This document shows, one piece after another, positions 1 through 9,750 of a DNA stretch of 64,000 nt; position 1 is the first letter of the stretch, and each line of letters starts with the position of its first letter. A program made the translations under genes and the position numbers. The notes below the pieces were generated by a model. That model saw only the letters and a list, made by a program, of their open reading frames with translations, did not search any database and was not told the DNA's origin. This DNA comes from a virus. The DNA lies in IMG/VR virus record IMGVR_UViG_3300012013_001209, one strand, 5' to 3'.

Positions 1-1
1 T

Positions 2-919
2 GTCGCCAACGGTGTGACGCCGATGCGGATAGTCCACCGCATGCACATCTCCAGCCGTGGTGGTGTAAAACGTGTCCCGGCCTATCGTCTCCACGTCCGC
101 AATGACTGCGGCGCTTTCCATGACATGCATGCCGCTGGCCACTGCCAACGCGCGCACCCAGGATTCAGCGCTTTGGTTCTGTCGATAATATTCTCCAGGA
201 AATGTAGATGGCATGACGCCATCCAGTTTGTTAGTGTAATTCAGCAGGCCAGACGTTTTCTCCCAGCCCGCAGGTGCGAGGATCACCCGTTGCGGGAAAA
301 GAGAATCGGGATGTTCGCAGCCGAATATCAGCAAATTGCCGGATTGCCGATAATCGACGCCGAGTGCGAAATCACGTCCGGCAATATTCCGGAGACTGGT
401 CGGATACTGTCCCGGCGGAATTGGCAGAGCGTATTTCAACACGACTTCATCCTGCGTCGGGGAAATGACGGGAACTCCGGTTGGCGATGGAAACAGCCAG
501 TATTGGGAACTCTCAGTCTGGAAAAGTTTCACCCCATTCGCGTCGAGCTCATTCTCCAAAGTAAAATGCCCGCTCTGAAGATATTCCACGTCAGCCGCCC
601 GCACTCGACGCGTGACGTATCCGGTGGAGTAGCCAGAGGCAGCCCATTTCGTCAGAATGCGCTGCTGAAGAAATGGTCCGATCGCCACCACATCCCCAGC
701 CTTGAAGCTCCACCGCCGCCCAGCCCATTGCACAGCCGGAGCGCCGGCCGCCGCGCGCATGCCTCCAAGCAATGTGAACGGAGCCGAGGATCTGGCCTGT
801 AAAGACGACATGGAACGCAGCAAGACTTCCATGTCGCCGGAAAAACTTTCCACCCAGAAAGTTCCCAAGCGCCCGTGCATGGTGAACGCCTGTTCGGCAA
901 TCGGATGTTCTGACGTCAC
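2..919 (-). CDS. Baseplate wedge-type protein, 3' truncated at window edge (absent from the ORF track)
   Basis: Manual translation from GTG at 919 (GTGA overlap with the stop of 916..2670) is open to position 2 (VTSEHPIAEQAFTMHGRLGTFW...). Lies directly after the baseplate J-like gene. Confidence 0.65.
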   Translation of the reverse strand, partial: MTSEHPIAEQAFTMHGRLGTFWVESFSGDMEVLLRSMSSLQARSSAPFTLLGGMRAAAGAPAVQWAGRRWSFKAGDVVAIGPFLQQRILTKWAASGYSTGYVTRRVRAADVEYLQSGHFTLENELDANGVKLFQTESSQYWLFPSPTGVPVISPTQDEVVLKYALPIPPGQYPTSLRNIAGRDFALGVDYRQSGNLLIFGCEHPDSLFPQRVILAPAGWEKTSGLLNYTNKLDGVMPSTFPGEYYRQNQSAESWVRALAVASGMHVMESAAVIADVETIGRDTFYTTTAGDVHAVDYPHRRHTVGD

Positions 920-2670
920 AGGAGTTCCTCCACGAAAGTGATATTCTCCTTGTCGATGACGAAACAGATGGTGGCCGCTTTCGCTGCAGCTTTGGACGTG
1001 AGTTCCACGAAGTCGGCCAGTTCCAAATCAGACGTGGCGCGGATGTAAACTGCCGGGACCGGATAATTCGCGGCGTTGGCCAGAGCTGTGACGTAATCCG
1101 TGTCCGGGGTGACGCCTTCGTTCGGAATCAGCAAATGACCGGCAGACCACCAGACACGCGCGCTCACACTTATTCCACGGACGCCATGTGCCCCACGATA
1201 GAACAGCGCGTCGGAAACCTTGGCGTCTGAATATTTCTCGGGCGAGGTCAGGGTGCGCAGATACTGGTAAATCTCTTCACTCGCGGAGGCCGTGTCCACA
1301 ACCTGCCCAGGCAGCTTGGTGTAGCGGATCTGAAAATTGCTGATGATGACTGGGATGAACGGACGCGTGAGAATCTCAGCGTTGGCAGGCTTGCAGTCCG
1401 GACTGTCGAGACGTGCGGCAACAGACGCCAGCACTGGGTCGTAATAATAGCGGATGACGAATTGAGCGAACCGGTTCCCGTCCCCGTCGGTCTGCGTTAC
1501 CAGCAAATCAGAGCTGGTGACCGCATCGACCGGCATCGGAAAGGTGAGCCATAGTTGTTCTTCCGCAGTGCCGGCGCAGGTCAGGAGCGGACACCTGGCG
1601 TTGTTCAGACTGGCAGACCACACATTGGCGCTGATGCCGGGAATCAGAACGACGTCAGGATTCGACACTGAGGTGACGTCCTTGATGAATGTCGGGTTCC
1701 CCGGGAGAGCGAGTTCCGTGATGAACTGATTCAGCGCCGCCGAGTTCTGTGTGGCGAAAAACGGAATATTCACCGTGACGGACGCCAAATAATCGTAGTA
1801 GGGCGACCGCACATGCATGTCCACACGCGGACTGGCAATCCCGAGGGCATTCACAGAATCACGCAGCATGACGGCGTCACCAGTCATGCTGGGATACGCA
1901 CCTATGAGCCCAGGGAACAAGCGCGTCATGGCGCTGATGGCGCTCGCCCGCGAGGTGAGTGCGGCCGCCGGAAATGTCTGACGCGTCATCCGCGCCAACT
2001 CTGGGAGCGACGTGACAGCGCTGCCTGCGTAGAAATCATGGAGCGCTGTGGCCGCCAGCAGGTTGGCAACTGGCACGCTCGTCGCGGCTGTCGTGTTTGC
2101 GGTCACAGACTTGCCGCTGCCGCCGAGCACCCTGACATTCGCGGCGTAGCGAGAGTTCCCGAGATCGGTGAAGATCACGAAGTTCTGGCCTGGCAAGGCC
2201 ACGCCGCCCACGGGAACGAGGTTCATTGGGCCTGAGTATGGCAGATCCATGCTGAAGGAGTTGCCGTCGAGTTGGAATTGCAGGCTGCGATCCAACTGGA
2301 TGGCTGCATCGTCGGAGAGAACCAGCTGAAGCATCCCGGAGCTTTGCAATACCGCGGAATCCTGGACCGCGAAATTCTGCAGGAACGCCGACACAAAGTC
2401 GCAGTTGAAGATGATATTTTGTGCAATCTGACTCGTGTCCAAATCAGACATTAGACGTCCGGCCGCTACCTCGAGCCCGGCCATGAGGAATGCGAATGGG
2501 GTCAGCACACGATCACCGACAACACTGCCAGGTTGCATGTCCTCATCAGGCCAGCCGGCACGCAGCCACGATTCCATCCGATTGCGGGCGGACTGAACGA
2601 CCTCAGGAGAGATGTCCTTCAGCGAGGGAAAATACGAGGCAACAAAATCGGGATTCCAGATGGAGGTCAT
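916..2670 (-). CDS. Baseplate J/gp6-like wedge protein (584 aa)
   Basis: N-terminal helical region with GSVVGDRVLTP resembles BpJ N-termini; size; follows the gp25-like gene. Confidence 0.65.
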   Translation of the reverse strand: MTSIWNPDFVASYFPSLKDISPEVVQSARNRMESWLRAGWPDEDMQPGSVVGDRVLTPFAFLMAGLEVAAGRLMSDLDTSQIAQNIIFNCDFVSAFLQNFAVQDSAVLQSSGMLQLVLSDDAAIQLDRSLQFQLDGNSFSMDLPYSGPMNLVPVGGVALPGQNFVIFTDLGNSRYAANVRVLGGSGKSVTANTTAATSVPVANLLAATALHDFYAGSAVTSLPELARMTRQTFPAAALTSRASAISAMTRLFPGLIGAYPSMTGDAVMLRDSVNALGIASPRVDMHVRSPYYDYLASVTVNIPFFATQNSAALNQFITELALPGNPTFIKDVTSVSNPDVVLIPGISANVWSASLNNARCPLLTCAGTAEEQLWLTFPMPVDAVTSSDLLVTQTDGDGNRFAQFVIRYYYDPVLASVAARLDSPDCKPANAEILTRPFIPVIISNFQIRYTKLPGQVVDTASASEEIYQYLRTLTSPEKYSDAKVSDALFYRGAHGVRGISVSARVWWSAGHLLIPNEGVTPDTDYVTALANAANYPVPAVYIRATSDLELADFVELTSKAAAKAATICFVIDKENITFVEELL

Positions 2671-3074
2671 GTCGAGGTTACGTTGTGAGCGGAAGTGATC
2701 TTCTCACCATTCGCGAAGGTCATTATGGCTTGGAACTGTAAATATTGCACCCTGATTACGCGAGGGATCAATCGGATTCCACTGATCCCGATGTCGCGGT
2801 GCAACGGAGAAGTCGTCTTCCGACAAAATGACACAGCGCTCAGCGCAGCAAAGTTCGCCGAATGCTGAGCGCTGGCATTGTCGAATATCGCATTCTGCAA
2901 TCCCTGCATCAGGAGTTCGGTACCCTTCTTCGGAAATGCTTGGTCCGACCCCTCCATTGTCGTGATGATCACCAGCGCGTTCTGGTGATTGCACCCGATG
3001 CCTTCAACGCTTTCCGCGAGAATGGCGCCGACACCATTCGAGTTGATTTGAATTTTCAATCCCTTGAGAGCCAT
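2667..3074 (-). CDS. gp25-like baseplate/sheath initiator (135 aa)
   Basis: Size, TxxGS...P..GT-like segment (TMEGSDQAFPKKGTEL), position directly before the BpJ-like gene. Confidence 0.55.
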   Translation of the reverse strand: MALKGLKIQINSNGVGAILAESVEGIGCNHQNALVIITTMEGSDQAFPKKGTELLMQGLQNAIFDNASAQHSANFAALSAVSFCRKTTSPLHRDIGISGIRLIPRVIRVQYLQFQAIMTFANGEKITSAHNVTST

Positions 3075-3075
3075 A

Positions 3076-3423
3076 TTACGACGGGAAGAGGATGTTGGAA
3101 CGCGCTGCGAAATAATTGCGCAGCATGGCTTGGTTCATGGCATGAGCCTCCAGCTGACTGCGTGAAGCCAGGGCGTATTTCAGATCGCGCCGGCGGGCCA
3201 CCAGGAACGAGAGATGATTCAGTGCGGAATAGCGGGCATCGGATGAGGCTGTCCTGGCCTCCGTGTTTTTGTCCTCGATGGCTTTGTCCAGTTCGACCAT
3301 GCTCAGCGAAGCGAATTCATCGTAGACTCCAGCCTGTGATTTCTGCTGCGTCAGAAAGTTCGCAATGCTGCGCACGGATTCGTCACGCTCGCTCCTCGTC
3401 AGATCTTTGGTGTCGAGATTCAT
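3076..3423 (-). CDS. Hypothetical helical protein (115 aa)
   Basis: Coupled ORF (overlaps the sigma gene stop) with natural composition. Confidence 0.6.
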   Translation of the reverse strand: MNLDTKDLTRSERDESVRSIANFLTQQKSQAGVYDEFASLSMVELDKAIEDKNTEARTASSDARYSALNHLSFLVARRRDLKYALASRSQLEAHAMNQAMLRNYFAARSNILFPS

Positions 3424-4229
3424 GCTGTGCGTGAGAGGGCGTCCCGGATGTTGTCTATCTTTACCGCCATTCGGGCTGAGCGGCGGGAGAGCTGCACCGG
3501 AGACAGCCCCAGTTTCTGCGCGATCACATTCGGTTCCATCGGCTCGTGCTTGCCGCCATATCCCGTCTTCATTTCGATGATCGCCCTGTCCACCCGATCA
3601 GCATCGCTGTAAACGTAGCCGAGAGCTTCGTCGGAAAAATCCGTTGGCTGTTGATTGGAAAATTGCGTGGCCGCATCCCCGATCGCCGTTTGACTCACGA
3701 CTTTCCGGAACCGATGTCGAACCTCGGAAATTCTTTTGACCGGCATCTTGGCGAAATCCGCCAGCTCCTCGACATCCGGATCACGCTGATGCTTGTCCGT
3801 AAACTCCTGCTCCTTCTTCATGATGTGCAGTGCATCCAGCTGAATACGCTCCGGCACCCGCACCGTGGAACGCTCCATTCGCCGGAATCGCCGGAGAGGC
3901 TGCAATTGCTGGCTGACCCAAGTGGGCATGCCGGCTCCCATATTCGGGTCGTAGGTCCGCACCGCTTTGGTCGCCATGATCTTCGCTTTCACCGCGGTGG
4001 TCGGGTCGTCCGCACTGCCCATGGAACGTAGGACACCATTGATGGCAGGCTGGAGATGTTTGACCGTCGCATGCAGGTGCGTCGGATCCCCTGTCTCCTT
4101 CCACTGCTGGAAAGTGCTCAGGTAAGGTGGCGGCAAATTGACGCTGGCGGGTGGCGGCGGTGTGACAGTCACGGGGGTGAGTCTAGCTGCCTGTTCGCTT
4201 TCGGGCAAGCTCGCGTGCGGTGACCTCAT
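3420..4229 (-). CDS. Phage sigma70-family factor (true start may be GTG at 4172)
   Basis: Region 2 (KAVRTYDPNMGAGMPTWVSQQL..LRRF), region 3 (RVPERIQ...EFTDKHQRDPDVEELADFAKMPVKRISEV), region 4 HTH (IAQKLGLSPVQLSR). Confidence 0.85.
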   Translation of the reverse strand: MRSPHASLPESEQAARLTPVTVTPPPPASVNLPPPYLSTFQQWKETGDPTHLHATVKHLQPAINGVLRSMGSADDPTTAVKAKIMATKAVRTYDPNMGAGMPTWVSQQLQPLRRFRRMERSTVRVPERIQLDALHIMKKEQEFTDKHQRDPDVEELADFAKMPVKRISEVRHRFRKVVSQTAIGDAATQFSNQQPTDFSDEALGYVYSDADRVDRAIIEMKTGYGGKHEPMEPNVIAQKLGLSPVQLSRRSARMAVKIDNIRDALSRTA

Positions 4230-4368
4230 TATGGAACTCGGCCAGGGCTTTCTCCCGCTCTCCAGTGCAGCATTTCCCCGAGGCGGAAATTCTCTTGAGG
4301 CGGGCTTCCAGTTTCAACCAGAGGTCCGGGTGTTGATGCAGCCCAGGAATATCGTAATCAGGAGGCAT
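4183..4368 (-). CDS. Small hypothetical protein (61 aa, MPPDYDIPG...)
   Basis: ATG at 4368 overlaps the end of 4358..5059 and the ORF fills the gap before the sigma gene. Helical, with a CC pair. Confidence 0.5.
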   Translation of the reverse strand: MPPDYDIPGLHQHPDLWLKLEARLKRISASGKCCTGEREKALAEFHNEVTARELARKRTGS

Positions 4369-5059
4369 TCTCGACAGGCCACAGTTTCGAGTGAACACGC
4401 AGAGAGTATTTCCGCATCAGGTCACCTTCAGCACACTCGGGACAGTTCGGGTCTGCCCGCATGGGCTCGAGTTCCTTCTGGTAGTTGGCGCGCAGTTCAG
4501 AGCACCCGTCAAACCAGCACGGCGCTTCCGAAAAGAATGGCATGACGATCCGGAGTTTGTCCGAAATGGTGTTTGCACTCAGCGTCACGTTTCCGGCGGC
4601 ATTCGCCTTTATGCTGAAAGCCTCCATGTATTTTTTCGCGACATCCAACTTGCTAATTTTATCCAGAGCATCTGGTGGTTCCGGAGCCGGCGGCACCTTG
4701 GCTGGACTTGGTGGTTTGGGTGCCGTCCGATTCCGCAGGATCAGACTCATAATCCCGATGGCGCAGGCGAATACCCACAGACGCGCCTGGAAGGATTGAT
4801 GGTCGACCATTCCTGCAATTGTCGTCAGTGCGGCGGCGATCCACGGGATCTGACATGTGGGGCAGGTGAACAATTTGCCGAAGAATTTTGGCCAGCGCAA
4901 TGTTGCGTAGATTTTCCACTCGTCGCTGGTGAAAACATTTTTCGGACGGAAAAGCATGATCGGCAACGTCGTGTGATTCCAGGCGGAGGACACATAACAG
5001 CCGGAAAGAACCACGGCCAGAAGTGAAGCGAGAATGTGGAGGCAGTCGGAAATGTTCAT
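4358..5059 (-). CDS. DUF1360-like membrane protein with C-terminal Cys domain
   Basis: Hydrophobic segments around FGKLFTCPTCQIPW (CxxC-x-x-x-W pattern of DUF1360); C-terminal CWFDGC...CPEC. Confidence 0.6.
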   Translation of the reverse strand: MNISDCLHILASLLAVVLSGCYVSSAWNHTTLPIMLFRPKNVFTSDEWKIYATLRWPKFFGKLFTCPTCQIPWIAAALTTIAGMVDHQSFQARLWVFACAIGIMSLILRNRTAPKPPSPAKVPPAPEPPDALDKISKLDVAKKYMEAFSIKANAAGNVTLSANTISDKLRIVMPFFSEAPCWFDGCSELRANYQKELEPMRADPNCPECAEGDLMRKYSLRVHSKLWPVENAS

Positions 5060-5066
5060 ATTCTTG

Positions 5067-5094
5067 AAATTGCAGAAGAATGTTTGCGTGTCAA
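5067..5094 (-). promoter_or_regulatory. Putative sigma70-like promoter
   Basis: TTGACA-N16-CAATTT in the intergenic gap; the -10 is weak. Confidence 0.35.
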
Positions 5095-5116
5095 AGTTTT
5101 ACTCGCAACTCTGATT

Positions 5117-5686
5117 CTAAAAGAGGGTGAACGTCCCGTCAGCATTCACCGTGATGTAGCCGACAGGTGTCACGATCTGTGAGGGGCCATCGACAAAAGT
5201 TTCAATTGTTGTGATTTCTCCGGGAGAAATTGTTTTTACCTGCGTGACGCCGTGATAAGAAACGGTCACTGTCAGCGAGTTTCCAGGAGTATAATACCAG
5301 TCCGCTTTAAGGTATATCGCGGTTGACGAGGCCCACATTCCGTCCGTATGAGCGTCGTCAACACGCACGGTGTATTCCTCGTAACCTCCCACATACGGTA
5401 TCTCGTTGACGAACCAAGTCATATACCACTGGGGGCCGAGGCCGTTACTAATCCAGCCTAGACTGCGATCCAAAAACGTGATTTCAGAAAATAGGTCTAA
5501 TCCACCCTTCGGCTTGGTGTAAACCGAGCCGCCGGAAGTTTCTGTCCAGAAGCCGGGCTCATAAGGATCGGAAGTCCATGTGTATCTGATCCTCACCACG
5601 CCTCCACAATCCGTCAGAAGACTGCTGCCGGAGCAGTCCGTCAGTAGCCCGTCGTTTTCGCAATTCACTAGGAGAGTCGCGGACAT
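5117..5686 (-). CDS. Hypothetical beta-rich virion/tail-tip protein (189 aa)
   Basis: Thr/Gly/Tyr-rich ORF directly after the large repeat protein. Confidence 0.6.
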   Translation of the reverse strand: MSATLLVNCENDGLLTDCSGSSLLTDCGGVVRIRYTWTSDPYEPGFWTETSGGSVYTKPKGGLDLFSEITFLDRSLGWISNGLGPQWYMTWFVNEIPYVGGYEEYTVRVDDAHTDGMWASSTAIYLKADWYYTPGNSLTVTVSYHGVTQVKTISPGEITTIETFVDGPSQIVTPVGYITVNADGTFTLF

Positions 5687-5689
5687 GTA

Positions 5690-8600
5690 TTACATACAGG
5701 TTACTGGGGAGCTGGGCCGCGTCGGGAGCAGAGGCAACCACTCAGTATCACCAGCATCATCTTTCAACACCCACACCTTCCTATATTGCCCCTCCAAATG
5801 CCCGTCGTAAAGCCGCATTCCAACGAGCACGTCGATCTGCTCGTGCTCCACGACGAGTTCTTCTGGGCCCGCAGCCACGGTCTGTCCTGTGGAATTAATC
5901 GTTACTGGACTCACGAACGCCTTCAAATTGCCAGCGTCATTCACGAATCGGACAAAGCCAGATTTGTACAACTTGATTGAATCGTAGGTCGGCGAGAGGA
6001 TAGCATTATCGGCGTCCTTGCCCTTACCAGCCTCCGTCAAATCCCAGTAGTATGATTGGGCGACGGTTTGCGTGCCTGGCGACGGCGGCATCAGATACGG
6101 GTTCACCGCAGTCCCAGGCAGCTTGTCAATCGGTCCCCACAACGTCTGATTTATTACGGGAGCCATACTACCGTCGGGATACGACGTCATCCCCGTGATT
6201 GAGGCGAGTTCGAAATAGTAAAGCCCGTTGAGCGGATCGTTCGTCGGCGTGGTCGCTGCTTTTCCAATCGCGCGGTCGGTGAAGGTGCCGGTGGTGCTCC
6301 CGTTAGCCAACACCCTCCCATCCCATTTCACCGCCGCATAGATTTTATCACCAGTGGAAACATGCAAACTCACGGGAGTGGTTGCATTCATTCCCGCGGG
6401 AAAATCCCCAAACAAAGTGGACGGGGAGACAGTCACATACGGAGAGCCAGAAGGGAGACCTGCGTCCACGTTGAATCCGGCGGCGCTCCCTTGCGCCGAA
6501 CTCTCGGTGAATTTTTCCGGTTCCTCTTCCTGCCCCACAATTAAATCCCGCCCGGTGTTGTCTTTGGTCAGGGTGCGTCTGAATATGTAAATCTCGGTTT
6601 TGCCGCCATCGATCGGTTTTCTGTGGATGCGAACCAAATCTCCTGTCCACCCCTGTGTGACAGCGCCGTTCACGTCGAGCAGGTTGCCATCTTTGGCGCG
6701 CTCCTCCCACCATTCGTCCAACATCGGTCTTGTCAGATCGCGGTCTGGATCTGGTTTGTCCGCAACACCACCGTAGGGGCCGACGAGGCGGGCGTCATTG
6801 CATGCGAATTTGCCCGATCCCAGGACGTATGGATTAGTCGTGCACTTGCATTCCTGCAGGGAGCTCAGAAACAGTTTCGCCTCCACATCCGCGAATGCAG
6901 ACGAGAGCGGGCTGTGAAACAATCCCTCCGGCATGTCCGTAGGCCCCTCTGTCTCACAGTTCTGCGCGGCGCATTTGGCATCGCCGCCGTTCCCTGCTCC
7001 AACTGCCTTATTCGTGTAAGAGCAAACTAGCATCGCGCCCAGCAAGTCCCACGCAGAAATATTGGCCGCTCCCTGACTGACGCAGGACGGCACAGTGTAT
7101 TGATCGAGATGCGCTTTCAGATGCGCAAACGCAGAGGGTGTGGATACTACGTCCTCATCCGGAATCGGACCGCCTTCCACCTGTCCGCACACCCTGTCCG
7201 TTATTTGGTTTCCCCAGCAGCACGTGAGCATTGAATAGGCGGTATTGTAGGCCCTCACGCATGCGTCGTATCTGCTGATTTTGCTCTTGTAGGTCTTCCC
7301 CTCGATCAAGGCTGGTTGCTCGGCACTTCCAATGGCTGGTGTGACAAATCCGCCACCCAAAAATCCATTTCCGTCCCAAATGTAAGCGCTGTCCGGCAAC
7401 AGATTCATCCAGAGGGCCCAGCCCAGGGAGCTTGCGGCTCCGCAGCGCAGTGTGACACTGAAATTGTACCAGAAACAATCAAGGTGTCGGATCGCTTCCT
7501 GAAATGCCAACGTGTCTGCATGCAATTGGCTCTGCGTGCTGGCGTGCTCCGCTTCCTCCACCTTAATTGGATTTTCCAGCGACCCTGTGGAGTCAGGGGA
7601 GACCAATAGCGCAGACCCAAACCCAGAGCCGTCCGAAGGCACCAACGCTCCGGAGCCATAAACCATATTGTAGCTGCTCGGGAGCAGTGAGATGTTTGCG
7701 TCGATGGAACGCGCTCCGCACAACACGGTCGTTTTCCGGCTGAGGTAAAAGCAGTCCAGTTGTGCCATCCCGACAGACAGCGCTTGCATGTCCGCGTCGG
7801 CCTGGCTGACCGTGGAAGGGAATGAATTCGCCTCGATGAGCACGGGATGTTCCGCGGAGCCGATGGCAGTCGGATGCACGTTTAATTTGCTGAACGCGCT
7901 TTCGCACGTCACAATTTTCTCCACATTCCACCACGCGCAATTAAGCGTCGCACGGGCATCAACCAGCGCGAGAGCATTTGCATACAGCTTCTCGCGCGGA
8001 ACTCCTTCTTGCGCTTCGGTGAAAGTCGCAGGCACGTCCGCCAGGGACACCATGTAAGTATCCTTGGCGATGGTGACGGAATTTTGCAGATCGGGCGGTG
8101 ACGGCAACTGCCCGTTGATGCAGCTGTAATTCAACCGATCATTTCCGTAGCGACACTGCGTAGCTGATGGCGCCAAAGCGCTGATCGGAATCGGGAGCAC
8201 CGTGGCCGCGAGCTGTGCGGCGATGGTTGGGTCGGCATCACAGAATGTCCCGGCGGCGGCCCCGAGAGTGGCGTCATCCGCCCAGAGGCTCGTCACGAGG
8301 CTCAGCGGAACAGGGAGAGGAATTGTGCCATCAGCAACGCCGGCGTAAATGCTTTCCGGAACGCATGTCGGCGGTGTGATTGAATTGCAGTAGAGACAAT
8401 CCAGCTGCGCACGCGCAAACAGAAGGGCCATGGAATCTGCATCGGCCTGACTGATGGTCGAGACGTAGGCTGCAGCTTCCACCGTGACCGTGAGCACGGG
8501 TGATTTGGTGGAAGGGTTCATGGTCACCGACTCGGCTGGATTCAGCGGATTCGGCACAGTCTGGGCTGTGCATGTCAAAGTCAGCGGTGAGTTTCCCCAT

Positions 8601-9742
8601 TCGCAGATCAACAGAGCTTTGGCTGCATCGAACGCCTGGGCCTCGGCATCATTTGGTGATTTCGTAGAAAGAGTCACACCGAATTCCGCCGTCACTGGAT
8701 TCCCGGAGATCTGATTCTGCACAGATCCTGGTGCCTGGAGCAGCGTGCCCATCGCGCTGATGTCCTCGCAGGAATACAATTTCAAAGGGTTCAGGTAGGC
8801 GCACACCAGTTGCGACATGGCCCGATCTCGAGCCATGAGATCAGAGGTCGCCTGATTGTCCGTGACGACCGTATTTGCGAGAACTGTCACCGAGCTGACC
8901 CGCTGTATTCCGACAGGGGAGACTCCAGCATCGGTGGCGACGGGGTCGGTGAAGCCGAGATCAGCACAGGTGACGGTCACCTCGACATTCCCGTAAAAAC
9001 ACCGCAACGCGCCGAGAGCCAGCGTCTGGGCATTTGCCGTGGCGTCAGCCTCGCTGATTCGCGAGAATATAGATCCGGCCGGCACGACCGACGGATTGTT
9101 GACCCGGTCGTCAATCTGAGGATTATCCAGGGCAGTTCCGGGACATGCGGATTGTGCGACCGAATTATACCAGCCGCAAACAATGGCCGCGCGCGCTGTG
9201 GCCTCGGCTTGGGCATTCAGCGACGCCTTCATAGCAGCGGCCGCCGTTTGGATGCTTTCAGCTTGTGCGCGCGTGACGTGAAGAAGATTCATCACATCTT
9301 CCAGCGAACCGTCCAACAGAGGTCGCGTGTTAATTTGCGAAACGTCAGCGCGGGAAATAAAATCCAACTGCTCCGGCGTCAGCGTCGGAATATCCAGCCA
9401 GACAAAATCCTGCGTGATGATACTCTGCAATATTGTCACCGAGTCGCCCGACGGCCCGGCTCCCTCGACGTCCGCACACGTCAGCACAATCTCATCATTC
9501 CCGATCTGAATCGTTCCCGGAGTGTTCAGCAGCGGCGGGACGCTCGGACGATCTGTTGGAACCACAAACGGCTGTTGCACGTCAGGCGTCGCAGGATCAC
9601 ACGGAGCGGGCGGGCGTCGTACATCAGGAGGACGATCAACGATGGGAGACTCTGGCAGCGTTGTGGGAATGTTGCTGGCACAGCCGGGGGCGCGAGCAGC
9701 AGCTCGGGCGGCTTGACGTTTGGCTGCTTCAGAAGGATCCAT
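5690..9742 (-). CDS. Large baseplate/tail-associated protein with ~9-10 DUF5977-like repeats (1350 aa)
   Basis: Recurring S-x-x-S-Q-A-D-A-D-x-x-A...L-x-C-x-Y/W-x-N units (e.g. STISQADADSMALLFARAQLDCLYCN, STVSQADADMQALSVGMAQLDCFY). Confidence 0.7.
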   Translation of the reverse strand: MDPSEAAKRQAARAAARAPGCASNIPTTLPESPIVDRPPDVRRPPAPCDPATPDVQQPFVVPTDRPSVPPLLNTPGTIQIGNDEIVLTCADVEGAGPSGDSVTILQSIITQDFVWLDIPTLTPEQLDFISRADVSQINTRPLLDGSLEDVMNLLHVTRAQAESIQTAAAAMKASLNAQAEATARAAIVCGWYNSVAQSACPGTALDNPQIDDRVNNPSVVPAGSIFSRISEADATANAQTLALGALRCFYGNVEVTVTCADLGFTDPVATDAGVSPVGIQRVSSVTVLANTVVTDNQATSDLMARDRAMSQLVCAYLNPLKLYSCEDISAMGTLLQAPGSVQNQISGNPVTAEFGVTLSTKSPNDAEAQAFDAAKALLICEWGNSPLTLTCTAQTVPNPLNPAESVTMNPSTKSPVLTVTVEAAAYVSTISQADADSMALLFARAQLDCLYCNSITPPTCVPESIYAGVADGTIPLPVPLSLVTSLWADDATLGAAAGTFCDADPTIAAQLAATVLPIPISALAPSATQCRYGNDRLNYSCINGQLPSPPDLQNSVTIAKDTYMVSLADVPATFTEAQEGVPREKLYANALALVDARATLNCAWWNVEKIVTCESAFSKLNVHPTAIGSAEHPVLIEANSFPSTVSQADADMQALSVGMAQLDCFYLSRKTTVLCGARSIDANISLLPSSYNMVYGSGALVPSDGSGFGSALLVSPDSTGSLENPIKVEEAEHASTQSQLHADTLAFQEAIRHLDCFWYNFSVTLRCGAASSLGWALWMNLLPDSAYIWDGNGFLGGGFVTPAIGSAEQPALIEGKTYKSKISRYDACVRAYNTAYSMLTCCWGNQITDRVCGQVEGGPIPDEDVVSTPSAFAHLKAHLDQYTVPSCVSQGAANISAWDLLGAMLVCSYTNKAVGAGNGGDAKCAAQNCETEGPTDMPEGLFHSPLSSAFADVEAKLFLSSLQECKCTTNPYVLGSGKFACNDARLVGPYGGVADKPDPDRDLTRPMLDEWWEERAKDGNLLDVNGAVTQGWTGDLVRIHRKPIDGGKTEIYIFRRTLTKDNTGRDLIVGQEEEPEKFTESSAQGSAAGFNVDAGLPSGSPYVTVSPSTLFGDFPAGMNATTPVSLHVSTGDKIYAAVKWDGRVLANGSTTGTFTDRAIGKAATTPTNDPLNGLYYFELASITGMTSYPDGSMAPVINQTLWGPIDKLPGTAVNPYLMPPSPGTQTVAQSYYWDLTEAGKGKDADNAILSPTYDSIKLYKSGFVRFVNDAGNLKAFVSPVTINSTGQTVAAGPEELVVEHEQIDVLVGMRLYDGHLEGQYRKVWVLKDDAGDTEWLPLLPTRPSSPVTCM

Positions 9743-9750
9743 GCGTGAGT

